Assembly: GCA_964035545.1 (NCBI GenBank)
Contig: OZ037766.1
Location: 29,762,640 to 29,826,639, forward strand
Direction of reading: 5' to 3'
From: Bugula neritina
Taxonomy: Eukaryota; Animalia; Bryozoa
Length of the DNA: 64,000 bases
Part shown: one piece after another, positions 1 through 13,418 of the stretch
Layout: each line of letters begins with the position of its first letter
How positions within the stretch are numbered: position 1 is the stretch's first letter
The notes under the pieces: generated by a model
Databases searched by the model: none
The model's input: the letters and a program-made list of their open reading frames with translations, nothing else
Told to the model about the DNA's origin: nothing
Program-made: the position numbers and the translations under genes

Positions 1-2911
1 CATTATTAAAATGACGTTGAAGAATATTTCTTTAACTCAAAAATACTATGTTTATAAATAAATATGTTTTTAAACAAAAATGCATTTCTATTCCCCAATG
101 ATTCATCACAAGTAAGCTGAGAACACTACTTAGGAAATCCTTGATTTATTTATAGCCGTGACTTATACAGGATATTCCTATTAATTATGAATTATTATAA
201 ATACAGTTACTTACTATTAATTATGTGTTCCTAAAAACATATTAGAAGATTTTAATATGAATAAACAAAATATATATAATTACTTAACGGGGATCTGACT
301 TACTAAACGGTATCCTTATTGTTTGAAGATATCAGTTACATGATGATGTGTCTTTGAAAATATTGTTAATAGTAATAAAACACCTCTATAACAATATTAT
401 TATACATAATTTAAAGACACACTCAGCAACTCTCACAGCTTGTTCTTAGCAAACCCTTATTTACATTAACTTGAACATAGATCACATATTGCACTCACTC
501 AAAAAGTAGAACATTTAATTGTATGAATAAAAATCAAATACTGATAATTATTGAGTTCTTATGCACCCAAAATGTTATTTTCAATCTCTATAACTCAATG
601 CACGGGACTTACCGTGCAGTTACGTGTAATCTGCGTGAGCAGCTTTAGGCTTATTTACTGATTAAACCTGTTTTTATTATGACATTTAGCAACCAGCAAA
701 AGGCAAACAAAATATTCCTGTAGGCGGTAAATTATTTTTCAACTTAATACTCATTTTACATCATTATCACCTCATCAATCCTTAATATGTCACTTTTCAT
801 TAAGATTTCCATTTAAATAATACCTGACAAAATACTATTCCTCCTAGATTATACTAATTGTGAGGCCCATAAAACTGGCTGTAACGCATGGTGTTGAAAT
901 AATCTTTATAATGTTGAAATGTACACCACGATAATGTTTTTGAGGACATTTGTACCAAGCTGAAAAATTCTGAATTGATCTAGAAGCCCAGTAACAATTG
1001 ACAAAAGATTTTATACTAGAGTGATATGTATGGACAAACATTAACTGTCTTAAAAGCATTCATATTGTTTTATAACTGATATATAACTACTGCCAGTTTA
1101 CCTTTCCACCGCAATACCTCTACACTGCCTCAGTCTTATACTAAATATTTCTATCGCCTCAGTCTTATATTAAATATTGTAATCAAAATATTGTTGATTA
1201 ATTTATAGTATACTTACCATCATAAAAAGCTATGAAACTACAAATATATTTGTAATAGTTCAATGATATATTTTGTTTAGAAAACACAACTGATCACAGC
1301 AAACACATCTTCAAGACTGACAATATATACAATAGTTTTATAAACATTCAATTACTATTACATTTACCCACCGGTTGCTTGCAAAACCACAAAGATAAAG
1401 GCTATTTATGACATAAAGGAAAACAGCACAATCATCTAGTATTTACAAAACAGCTTACATGACTGCATGATGTGATGTCATGTGCATTACAATATTTCTT
1501 TATCTGAAGAGCTGTTAAAATATTTTAACCAAGGATTTTCAGCAATGTAAATGTCTTTTCAGTTTAATTAAACTTCACGTTATAATTCATAATCTGTTTT
1601 AGCTTATTGTAGAGACTCACATGTTTGTATCATGCAAATCATTCAGACCCAAATTTTTCAGTATTTTATTTAGCATGATTTACCACCTATAATATAAAAG
1701 CAATTGAAAGTAATATGTTTTGATGATACAATGAAAATTGCGAAAACTTATGTAATGGATATACAATGATTAATAGTTTAAACAAGAGCTCTCTAAAAGC
1801 CAATTAAAGCTGCAAAGCCCATTATAGATGTAATAATTGAGAATAAATATTATAGCCATTCAAACTATAGATAGATTGCATATAAAGCAGTAAAATAAAG
1901 CCTATAAATGAAATTGATAACAAATATCGCTGTAAGCTAAAATTTTTTAACCAAAGCTAATAGGGCTGATTAAAATGTCTTTTTTAGTTTTCAACCTAAT
2001 GTTTTTCAAATAACTTTGAAATGATATATATAAAACTACGGTAAATTTGAACTGAATACCATCTTTCCGAAATTTGAATCAAGACTTGGATGTGAGCAAA
2101 ATCTTAAAAGGAGCGTTTCCTGCATGTTTTGAGCAGCAAAATGTAATCATGAAATTACCAGCTGATTCCATAATTATGTTGATCTTGAAGTTTTATGTTA
2201 TAATTATATTAACACTACAATTATATTGTTTAAAATTTTTTTATGAAAACTTTGGTAAATAAACATATTTTATATAACAATCTTTTCCTACATTTGCAAT
2301 ATGCTCACTTTACAGCAACTATAATAATCATCAATAACTGCAGCATAACATGCTGTTTTAAGAAGTTATTTAGTGTAAAACAATATAGTAAACAGTAAAC
2401 ATTTCGAGAATGGGCGGAGAGCTGTGTGGGAGTTTAAGTAGGGTTTGAGTAAGATCAATTTTATGATAAATGGCTTAATGCGTTAAGAAAACTAACATTA
2501 TTAATTATGGTTTTTTATGTACTTACTTTGGTTGTAAAAATAGTGTTTTTAAGTTACTTATATATTGTCAAAAGAAAGCAATAAGACTAATAAAATTGTT
2601 GGTGTTTAAAAAATCAACATTATTATTAAAATAATTTGAGTTATAGATATGTCTTTAAGTCAAAAAGTGACATTTTAAACAAAAATATATTTGTATTCAA
2701 CAATGATTCATTGAGTAAACTGAGAAGATATTAACTAAGAAATCCTTGATTTATAGACATGACTTACAGGATAAGCTGATTAGTGATTTTGCAACAGTTT
2801 TAACAGAGAATATATGAAACGGACCAACAAGCATAATGAAGATGACAAAATGTAACAATAAAACTAAATTTAATCACAAACATTAATTTTAGATCCGTGA
2901 CAGCTGTTTCA

Positions 2912-3016
2912 TATATAAGTAAGAGCTCATGCTAGAGATAGTCAGCTGAGGTTACGAGTTAGAGGTGGTACTTGAGGAAAACCTAAAGCAGTAGAAACAC
3001 ACTATCATAAACAAAA
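2912..3016 (+). promoter_or_regulatory. Putative TATA box and non-coding first exon of gene A copy 1 (equivalents near 12948, 23624, 33373, 54177)
   Basis: TATATAAG at 2912, a conserved purine-rich segment, then consensus donor AAA|GTAAGT at 3017; the position is kept in all five copies, including diverged copy 5. Confidence 0.6.
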
Positions 3017-3381
3017 GTAAGTTTTATTTTATTTCAACTTTTAACTTTTATTAGAAAAAATTAAATTTAATAATAATATTTTGATAACTTAAAAAACTTG
3101 AAGAGATTTTATGATTATATATTATATTAAAAAAGATCATTTTTAGAATGTGTGTCTAGGATTTATCATGTAGATTAGTTTGCGAGTCTGATGAACTAAA
3201 AAAAGCTAACTGAAAGTTTTTGCTGTTAATTGGCAATATAGATCTTCTAGTTCAACTCGCAATAAGAATTATAACAAAGTGATGTAAATATATCAGCCAT
3301 AGATAAATTAGTGCTTGGTTTCAACATTGATACCTTGTCAATGTTTTTTACGCTTTCTTATAACTTTGTTATAGTATAAGA

Positions 3382-5468
3382 ATGAGTGAAAAGGGAGACA
3401 GAGTAGCACAAGTGGTTCAATGTCATTCATGGCTGCATGGCTTCACCATCTTTATGTTATGTGGAAGTTTGATAGCCAATGTTGTTATCCTAAACTTCCT
3501 GCTTGATAAATCTAACAAAGTAAGTTTTGAGTATAACTCTATATGATGATAATTCTTTGAGTGTAAAATAAACAATCCTAGAGATTGTCCCAAAACATCA
3601 ATAATGTTATCTATAATATTTTATTGAAAAAAATACGTCTTACAAGTTCTTAGCTATTTATAAAAGGAAGGGCTGCAATTACATGAATTGAATTTTTAAA
3701 GCTATATATAAATACGTTTAAAACTTTTTCTTACAGTGTGAGTAATCAAGTGTAAGTACGTATATATGTCTCTTTTACTGTATATAAGTAAACACATGTT
3801 TCAACTGTGTGCAGTTGTATGTATCAAGTGCATGTAAGTGACTATGTTAATAGAATAGGTAAGTTTTTGTCAACCATTATATAATTTGCTAATCCTGCAG
3901 GTATGTTTTAGAATGATCAGCAGCTGCAGGGGTTTGTGTCACAGAACAGACAGACAGTAGAGAATGAACACTTTGTAAGTGTGACCTGAAATATTTTAAA
4001 TAGCTCAATTGTTGAGCTTTTACTTGAGTGTACTTTTTATGCTTTTATGTATATAATTTCATACATTATTGATTTCAATGTATATTTTCAATTATTTTTG
4101 AGTAAAAGAATACACGAATGCTTTTTTACTTATAAGCCTAATTAAAAACTCAGTTTATCATAAATTGCCATTGTAAAGTTTAGTATAACTTTAGTTTATG
4201 CTTGCATTCTATGCAAATTTATGTTAATTTTAAAGGAGAATTGGGGAGATATAATTACTTAAGCCACAAAAATGATTACATGGCGGTATACCAATTTTTA
4301 TTGTTCTATTTACAAGTTACTCATTCATGTATTCTGAATTGTTTGCACTTGTATTTAGCTGACAAGAAAGCAGGTCGTTGTATTTAAAATGTGTTAAACT
4401 ACAAACCCTTACGGTAAATGAAGCTACAGCAAGCAATTTCAGAATCTAGTTTATTATTTAAAACTTAGTTTCTAAAAACTATTCAAAAATTTAAGATAAA
4501 AACTTAATAAAAAGCCTAAATATATTCTTTGCCTTTAATTTCATTTGCATTAGTACAATGTAAGCACTGCCATTATAAGTTGGAGAATGTTTTTGAAAAA
4601 CTTTATAACGGCTTACAGTTTCAAAAAAACAAAGATTTGTTTTAGTAAATGTAAAGTTTATTAGTCAACTATTAAGTAGCCCTCACCCCTCCCCTCTCTT
4701 GTGTTTACCCTTACAGAACACAAAAGTTGGTTGAGCTTTAACGCTATGGTTTTGTTTTAAACTGTAAAGTATAAAGCATGTATTTAAAAGATGTAAAAAA
4801 CGAATTTCTATAAGTTTTTTCACAATTTTTAGAGCAGAGTCAAGAGAAAAGCCCCTCCACCGTGTACATGCCCAGCCGGGCCTCGTGGACCTCCTGGCCC
4901 ACGCGGACCACATGGCCCACCTGGACCACAAGGTTCGATTGGACATCCTGGTGCTCAAGGACCTGCAGGTCCAGCTGGACCAGCCGGAACTCCTGTAAGT
5001 AAATAAACTATATATAACTATAGGACTATATGTACTTACTGTGGTATTCAATGTTTCCAATACTTACACCTATTTGAATTGTATTAGTAAACTGTTTCCA
5101 TTGTTTGCTGGTGGTGAGCTTTATAATAGTGGCATGTCACAAGAATTTTCAAAACAAATGCATTCATCAAAATTTACCTGGTATTATATGCATAGGGCCA
5201 ACATGGTGCAGTTGGTCCAATGGGACCGAAAGGAGACAAAGGGGACCAAGGATTTAAGGGAGATAGCATTATAGGGCCACAGGGTCTGCCTGGGTTACCT
5301 GGTACTCAAGGTGCGCAAGGTGCTGCAGGAATTCCAGGGCAACAAGGAGAAATGGGATCAGCTGGATTGCCTGGTTTCGCTGGCTTAAGAGGTCGCCCTG
5401 GTAGAAATGGGAAAAGAGCTCCAAGAGGAAGAAATTCTTCCAGAAATAGACGAAGAAATAGAAAATAA
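3382..5468 (+). CDS. Collagen gene A copy 1: short type II transmembrane (MACIT-like) collagen, 211 aa, 4 coding exons
   Basis: Coding exons 3382-3519 ([46 protein letters not shown]), 3912-3974 ([21 protein letters not shown]), 4833-4994 ([15 protein letters not shown] + 13 Gly-X-Y), 5196-5468 (7 Gly-X-Y, GDSII, 16 Gly-X-Y, basic tail, TAA). All introns GT-AG, phase 0, frame open throughout. Probable non-coding first exon ends at donor 3017. Confidence 0.88.
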
Positions 5469-8400
5469 CTCAACACACTAATTTTGTCTAGTTTCAAGAT
5501 ATATTATATACAGCACATGGCAGATTATCTTCAAGATAGATTCACATTATGGCAAAATGTTACAAAAACAGTTTATTTACTTTTTTAATTAATATGTGCA
5601 TAATCCCACAGATCTTTGTTATCTAATATTCTGTTTTTGAAATATGCTTAGATCACCAAACTATATATACGACTTTAAAAAGTGGTTCTCGTCTATTTTC
5701 CTCATTTTCTACATGATTTTACTTTGAGATGAATCTAATTTATGCTGTTACTGTGCAAGCAAGTGTTATGATAAGCTGCTATAGTTAGCTTGATATTTTT
5801 ATATAATGAGTATATTGCTTTTTGTTCTTGTGAATTCTAGCTGTACATATTACCTTTAAAAGTCCCTAATCAGCTCTTCTAAGACTATAAGCTAAGCAAT
5901 AAAATTGTATATTTCAATCGTCAAAGTTTAAACTCATTCCAAATATCCTAAAATATCAGCCTATATAACTTTATTCACATTTATAGACTGTTTGTTTCAA
6001 CTCATGACGGGTGTTGTCTCTAACAGCTAATATATTATCTCAGACAATACTTATCTTATACTGAGGAGGTGATAAGGCGCAGTTTTATGGAAGTGACCAG
6101 GTCAAGTTGCATTTAGACAAACTTGACAAACTTTTCAAATATAATTTATGCTGGTGTTTGTATCATTATGCAGCTCAGCGGATTTCTTGTCTTCCAATCT
6201 ATTCAAGTGTAACATTATTTTCTCTTGACATTGATATGGTGAGAACTGCCAGGTGCTTTACTGAACCAAATGTTTGAATTAATATTTATCTTGCAAAGTA
6301 GGATAGTTGAAGACTTTATTACTGAGTTTGTATTCTTTGTTGGTTTAAATCAATCACTATATATTCTGTTGGTTAGAATGTTTTTTATTTTTTGTAAATG
6401 ACTCTGCTTCATTCTATGCATGTATTAGATAATTCTAGAGAATTCTGTATATCATTAGCAGTTTCTCATGTATTGATTGGCTGAATTTTTTCTGAACCTC
6501 TCAAAGTGTTTCATGTAACAAAGTTGTATTCTGTTTCTATAAAATTACATGGTAATACCTTAAATATATCTTAATTGATCCTTAAATTACCGCTGTAGCA
6601 TTAAACATAGTTGGATGTTTAAACAGGTTGCACTTATTTTTTATATTCATTGAATGCTGCCCAATGACAAGGTAACTGGGTGCCCTTTATCCTTCTGCGT
6701 GTGTTGTGTTTCTGGATAATACAATGCTGCCCATGAGAAAGCAATTCCTAAACAAAATTCAGGTGTCAAAATTACCTTCCAGCCTTGCTGCAACTGATAC
6801 GAACATAGCTTCATTGTATCAATCTAATGCACTGACCGCAAGTATTACCAGGATCCATGGCAGGTAGTTTTCTAATCACCAATAGAAATTGGATAGTTCC
6901 AAAAATCATTAGTTTGCAGCAGTTAACACTGTTTCATATTTTAGTAACTGATAAGTAAACCTAATTCTTTCATTCATAAATAGTTATGCATATAATTAAA
7001 ATAATTAGATGTATTGTAAAGAATAAACCGTATAATACCTATAAAGACAGAATAATGCCATTAGGCAATATGAAAACTATTTCAATTTGCTACAATAAAT
7101 ATACTACAAACATAGAACATATTTTACAGACTTCAAATAAACAACCTTACTCACCTTAGTATTTGTTATAGGTCTCATGTTATATGAAGCTTCTCAAGAA
7201 AGAAAAAAAAAGTGTAAATAAAGCATTTCATGCAACTTGGAAACAAATTAGAATTCAGTGTAACTGACAAAAATATGCACACGCAGAACTGGTTAAAACA
7301 GTGTTTTACAATGGTCACAGACGCTTACTGTACAGACATTGCTATCTTTTGCTTTCAATTAACATAATATTATGTTAACATCTACTTTTCTAATAAATAT
7401 TATAAACTTTGTTCAAGTAGATTTGCCAAATATGAGTTATGTTTCAAAAGAATATATAAATTGTATATTACATTAACTATATATATAAGCCTATAAATTG
7501 TAATTATTAATAGGCCCAATAAAAACTTATAACAGGTGAGCCCAGAAAAGTTATGGAAGCTCAGAAAGCTGACAATTTTCTTTATAGCTGTCGTATACAG
7601 TTTCTATTGCTCAGCGGAAATATATAACTTTCTTAGTACTAGTATTTCATTAAAATAAAAATTTGGTAATCAGGACTGCTTATTGTATATAATATTGGGC
7701 ATGCATATATATATATTTATATTTATATATACTTATATTTATATTTATAATGTATTTATATATACTCATATTTATATTTAGCCAATGGCTATTTTTGGTC
7801 TTGACATCATATAGCAGTCTTCCAATTTCAAATCATTACAACTGCAACTAATCTTAAACTTGAATGCCATTTAGTATTTATAGCCAACTAAACCATAAGA
7901 ACTTCTGCAGAACTATAAACTATACCTGTAATGTTAAAGTATGGACAAAACATGTTTTGAACAATTATAGACTAATTACTGCAAAAAACTGCTTTCAATA
8001 ATAGATCGACATTTTACAAGCCTGCAGCAAATCTAATAATTGTTACTTTAATATGTAGCGTACTATATTTTGCTTTGTTAAAAATAAATTATCTGACTAA
8101 AGCTCGCCTTGCATGTGCATTGATTTATTGTTATTAACGCATTCGCTTTGGGTTTTAAGTAAGTATACTGTTTCAATTTGGGGTAAAATTAAACAAATTA
8201 GAAACGCTAACACACTGCTCTCAGACATGAATTGTCATTATCATGTTATGTAGTAATAGTAATTTTATGTGTTTGTACCTATATAAAATGTACACCTATT
8301 ATTAAAAGACTATAAATAGTATTTAATAAAATGTTATTCAAACTAGATGTGAAATTAATAACACCAGGTGGAACCTAGTAATCAAATCATATAAAAACAA

Positions 8401-8695
8401 TAAAATATTGTAAATTATTACATACAATGATTTACTATAGATGTGTTCTTAAAAAACATATTAGAAAATTTAATATAAATACAAAAATATAGAATTCCTT
8501 AACAAGGATAGAACTTACTAAAGGGCTATAACTTATTGTTTGAAGATATCAGTTAAAGGTGTGTATTTGAATTGTAAATACGGCGTGATGAAGCACCTCT
8601 ATATCACATGACATAATTCAAGACCACAAACAGCCATGGATCCTCTCAGCTTGTTCTTAGCTCTCAGCTAGCAAACCCCTGTTTACGTGATTCTG
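5465..8695 (+). repeat. Near-identical segment X, copy 1 (partner ~15243-18475)
   Basis: Matches at offset ~9780 with only scattered substitutions and small indels. Confidence 0.9.
5898..5903 (+). terminator. Putative polyadenylation signal of gene A (also 15678, 26603, 36346)
   Basis: AATAAA ~380-430 nt after the stop, retained in copies 1-4 although the immediate 5' flank differs between them. Confidence 0.45.
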
Positions 8696-11600
8696 AACAT
8701 GATTCACATCTGTACTCACTAAAAAAGTAGAACATTTAATCATATGGATAAAAATTAAATACTGATAATTATTAAGTTCTCATGCACTCAAAAGGTTATT
8801 TTCAATATCTAGAGCTCAATGCACGCGACTTACCACGCAGTTACGTGTAATCTGCGTGAGCAGCTTTAGGCTTATTTACTGATTAAACTTGCTTCTATAT
8901 ATTATGGCATTTAGCAACCAGCAAAAGGCAAGCAAAATATTCCTGTAGGCGGTAAATTGTTTTGCAGCTTAATACTTATTTTACATCATTATCCTCCTAT
9001 TAATTCAATAGATCCTTTTTTATTAAGATATCTCTGCAAATAACACCGGGTGAAATATCATTCCTCCTAGATTATAATAATTTTAAGGCCCATAAAACTG
9101 ACTGCAATAAGTGGTGTTGAAATAATCCTCACAATTTTGAAATGCACATCATGATCATGTTTTTGAGGACATTTGTACGAATTGCTGAAAGGTTCTGAAT
9201 TGTTCTACACACCCAATAAGAATTGAGAAAGCATTTTATACCAGACTAATGTCTATACAAAGTAATTTTTTCTGAAAAGCATTTGAATTACTTACTAGCT
9301 GATATATACTGCTATAATGTTAGCTTTTCATCGCATTACCCATGATGCCCCAATTTTATATTATGTGTTTTATTCAAAATACTTTTGATTGGCATAGTAT
9401 GATTTCAAGCGTTAAATAAACTATGAGACCAAAACTTATTTTTTCATCTGAGAAGATTGAAATTAGTTATTAGAATCATCTGATCAAGATGTTTTGGTGA
9501 TTTATATGGTGGATCTATTTATACTGTTTGCACATAATTTGCATCTTTATAACTTCTTTCAGCCCGTATTGTTAAAGACTGCCTGTTTATATGATATATG
9601 CAAGTAATTTGGTCAAATTTAACAAAACTAGCAAGAAATCTAACCTATACAAGCAATTTAAATTTTATTATTATGACGACAACCACTGTTTAAAAAACTG
9701 TGAGATGAAGATTTTAATAGTTTATATGAGCTATAGAGTGGTAAACGGCAATGAAGTGGGCAAAACTCATTAATATAGATGCTACAATTGGGGGAAACTA
9801 TCATAGTCAGTTGCATCGGTAGATTGAATAAAGCAGTAAAAGAAAGCTTATAAAAGTTAATATCAATTGTCATCATGATTGATAATAACAAGCTTCAAAT
9901 TTATAGCTTCTAAAACTTAGCTTGCCTAATTAAATATTTTAATCGTAACCTAAAATGGTTGGTGTATTCCTGCAATTTGCTGTTAAGGTTGGTGTAACAG
10001 TCAAATTTGTTATCATTATTAAAGTAATTTTGAAGAGTATTTATTTAGCTCAAAAATGCTACGTTTATAAATAAAAATGCTTTTAAATGAAAATGTATTT
10101 TTATTCCCCAATGATTCATCATAAGTAAGCTGAGAATATTACTTAAGAAATCCTTGATTTATTTATAAACATGACTTACAGGATATTCCTATTAATTATG
10201 AATTATTATAGATACAATTAATTACTATTAATTATGTGCTCCTAAAAACATATTAGAAAAATTTACTATAAATAAACAAAATATATAGAATTACTTAAAG
10301 AGGATCTGACTTACTAAAGGGTATCCTTAGTGTTTGAAGATATCAGTTGCATGATGTGTATTTGAAAATAGTGTTAATAGTAATAAAACACCTCTATAAC
10401 AATATTATTATACATAATTTATAGTCACACTCAGCAACTCTCATGCACAGCTTGTTCTTAGCAAACCTTTATTTACATTAACTTGAACAAACATCATGCA
10501 CATATTGCACTCACCCAAAAAGTAGGACATTTAATCATGTGAACAAAAATTAAATACTGGTAATTATTGAGGTTTTATGTACTGGAAAAGACTATTTTCA
10601 ATCTCTATTTAACTGGATGCATGTGATATATACCAATTGCAGGTATTATAAGCAGCTTCAGGCTTATTTACTGCAGAATTAAACCTATTTCTATTATGAC
10701 ATTTAGCAACCAGTAGAAGACTAGCAAACATATTTTTTAGGCGGTAAAATGTTCAACTTAATACTCATTTTACATCATTATCGCCTTATCAATCCAATAT
10801 GTCACTCTTTATTAAGATTTCTATTCAAATAATACCTTACCGAGTACCATTCCTTCTAGATTATACTAATTGTGAGGCGCATAAAACTGGCTGTAACACA
10901 TAATGTTGAAATAATCCTTATAATATGTTAAAAAACACACCACGATAATGTTTGTGAGGACATTTGTACCAAGCTGAAAAATGTTGAATTGGTCTACAAA
11001 CCCAATGACAATTGACAAAGGGTTTTACACTAAAGTTTTTATGTATGGACAAGCATTAATTGTCTTAAAAGTATTCATATTGTTTTAGGCCTGATCATAT
11101 ATACTACTGCCAGTTTACCTTTCCATCGCAATACCTCTATAGCCTCAGTCTTGTATTAAATATCTCTACTGCCTCAGTCTTATATTAAATATCGTAATCA
11201 AAATAATATTGTTGATTAGTTTAGTATACTTACAATCATAAAAAGCTATGAGGCTACACATATTTTTGTTATAGTATTGTATGTAAAGTTCAATGATATA
11301 TCTTTATTTAGTGGTCACGGCACACACATCTTCAAGATTGATTGATATTATAGTAGACACACTAATTGTATTATATCATAATACAATTAGGGTGTCTACT
11401 GATTGCTTGCAAAACCACAAAGATAAAAGCTATTTATGACATAAAGGAAAACAGCACAATTATAGCATTCACAAAACAGCTTACATGACTGAACGATGTA
11501 ATGTCATGCGCATTACAATATTTCTTTATCTGAAGAGCTGTTAGAATATTTTAACCAAGATTTTTCAGCAATGTATAATATGTCTTTTCAGTTTAATTAA

Positions 11601-13418
11601 ACTTCACATTATAATTCATAATTTGTTTTAGCTTATTGTGAAGACTGGCATGATTGTATCATGCGAATCCTCCAGTCCTATTTTTTTCAGTATCTCATTT
11701 AGCATAATTTATACAATTTAAAATGTAGCTTGCTTAGTCAAATATATTAATTTGATCCTTTTTTTTAAAATGAAAATGAAATTTTCCAATGTTCAATTTA
11801 AATAGAATTAGTCTTTAATTTTAGTGAAAAACACTTTGTTTCCTTTTAAGCTAACATATATCCTTAGTATTTTACAAGTACTACATCCTGCTGCTACAAA
11901 ACCAAGTCTTGAAATGTTTCAAATCTAAGGAATGAAAAACATTGAGTGCATGCAAACATGAGAAATTTTAAGCAAAACTAGTTGAATGGGGCTATGATTA
12001 AAACATATCTCTCAGTTTTCAGCCTAATGCTTTTCAAAAAACTTTGTTGTGATATAAAACTATAACAGTATTTGTTTAAATTAAATACCAACTTTCCAAA
12101 ACATGAACAAAAATTTATGATGAGCTTTTTCTGCATGTTTTGAGCAAAATTTAAAAATAAAGTTACCTGATTTCATAAGTATGTTGATCTACAAGTTTTA
12201 TGTTATAATTATAATAACAATAAAATTATCTTGTTTAAGGTTTTTTTATAAAAATCTTGGTAGATAAACATATATATATAGTAGATAAAAATCTTTTCCT
12301 ATATTTGCAATATGCTCACTTCGCAGCAACTATAATAATCCTCGATAACTGCAGCATAACATACTATTTTAAGAAGTTATTCAGTGTAAAAACAATGATG
12401 TAATTGTTGCTATAGTAACCAACAAACAGTAAACATTTCCAGAATGGGTGGAGAGCTGTGTGGGAGTTTAAGTAGGGTTTGAGTAAGATCAATTTTATGA
12501 TAAAATGGCTTAATGCTTTAAGAAATGCTCACATTATTTATTACGGTTTACTGCGTAATTACAATTTGGTTGAAAAAATAGCGTTTTTGAGTTACTAAAA
12601 AGAAAGTAATCAGACTAATAAAATTGTTGGTGTTTGAAAAATCAACATTATTATTAAAATTATTTGAGTAGATTTGTGTCTTCAATTGTCAAAAATACAT
12701 CGTTTTAAACAAAAATGTATTTGTATTCCGGGCCAATGATTCATTGAGTAAGCTGAGAACATATTAACTAAGATATCCTCAATTTATAGACATGACTTAT
12801 ACAGGATAAGCTGATTAGTGATATTGCAACAGTTTCAACAGAGAATATATGAAACTGACCAACAAGCATAAATAAAGATGACAAAATATAACAAGAAAAC
12901 TAAATTTAATCCAAAACATTAATTTTAGATCCGTGACAGCTTTTTCATATATAAGTGAGAGCTCATACTAGAGATAGTCAGCTGAGGTTACAAGTTAGAG
13001 GTGGTATTTGAGGAAAGCCTAAAGCAGTAGGAACACACTATCACAAACAAAGGTAAGTCTTATTTTATTTTAAATTTTAACTTTTGCTAGAAGAAATACA
13101 TTTAATAAGAATATATTATTGATAACTTAAACAACTTGAATATAAATTTCATAAACGTATATCTTAAAAAAGCTCATTTTTAAATTGTGTGTTGAGGATA
13201 TATTATGTAGACTAGTATACATGTTTAATGAACTAAAAAAACCAACTGAAAGTTTTTGCCGTTAACTGGCAATCTAAAAGTTTTAGTTCAACTCGTAATA
13301 AGAATTATAGCAAAGTGATGTAAATATATCACCCATAGATAAATTTTTGCATGGTTTTAACATTGGTTTACCTTGTCATTGTTTTTTGCACCTTCTTATA
13401 ACTTTGTTATAGTAAAGA

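Noticed and set aside
844-1059. Recurrent minus-strand ORF (also 21406-21600, 31153-31347) as a repeated small gene
   Set aside because: Lies in the duplicated upstream region; other copies carry frame-breaking indels and there is no recognisable domain, so recurrence reflects DNA duplication.
4681-4735. Strong polypyrimidine acceptor upstream of the furin exon in all five A copies as an extra coding exon
   Set aside because: Downstream frame is not conserved between copies (indels, early stop in copy 1) and no consistent donor follows.
4833-5468. Cnidarian minicollagen, or C1q/collectin/ectodysplasin identity for gene A
   Set aside because: No six-Cys CxxxCxxxCxxxCxxxCC domains or long poly-Pro flanks, and a stop follows the basic tail with no globular domain.
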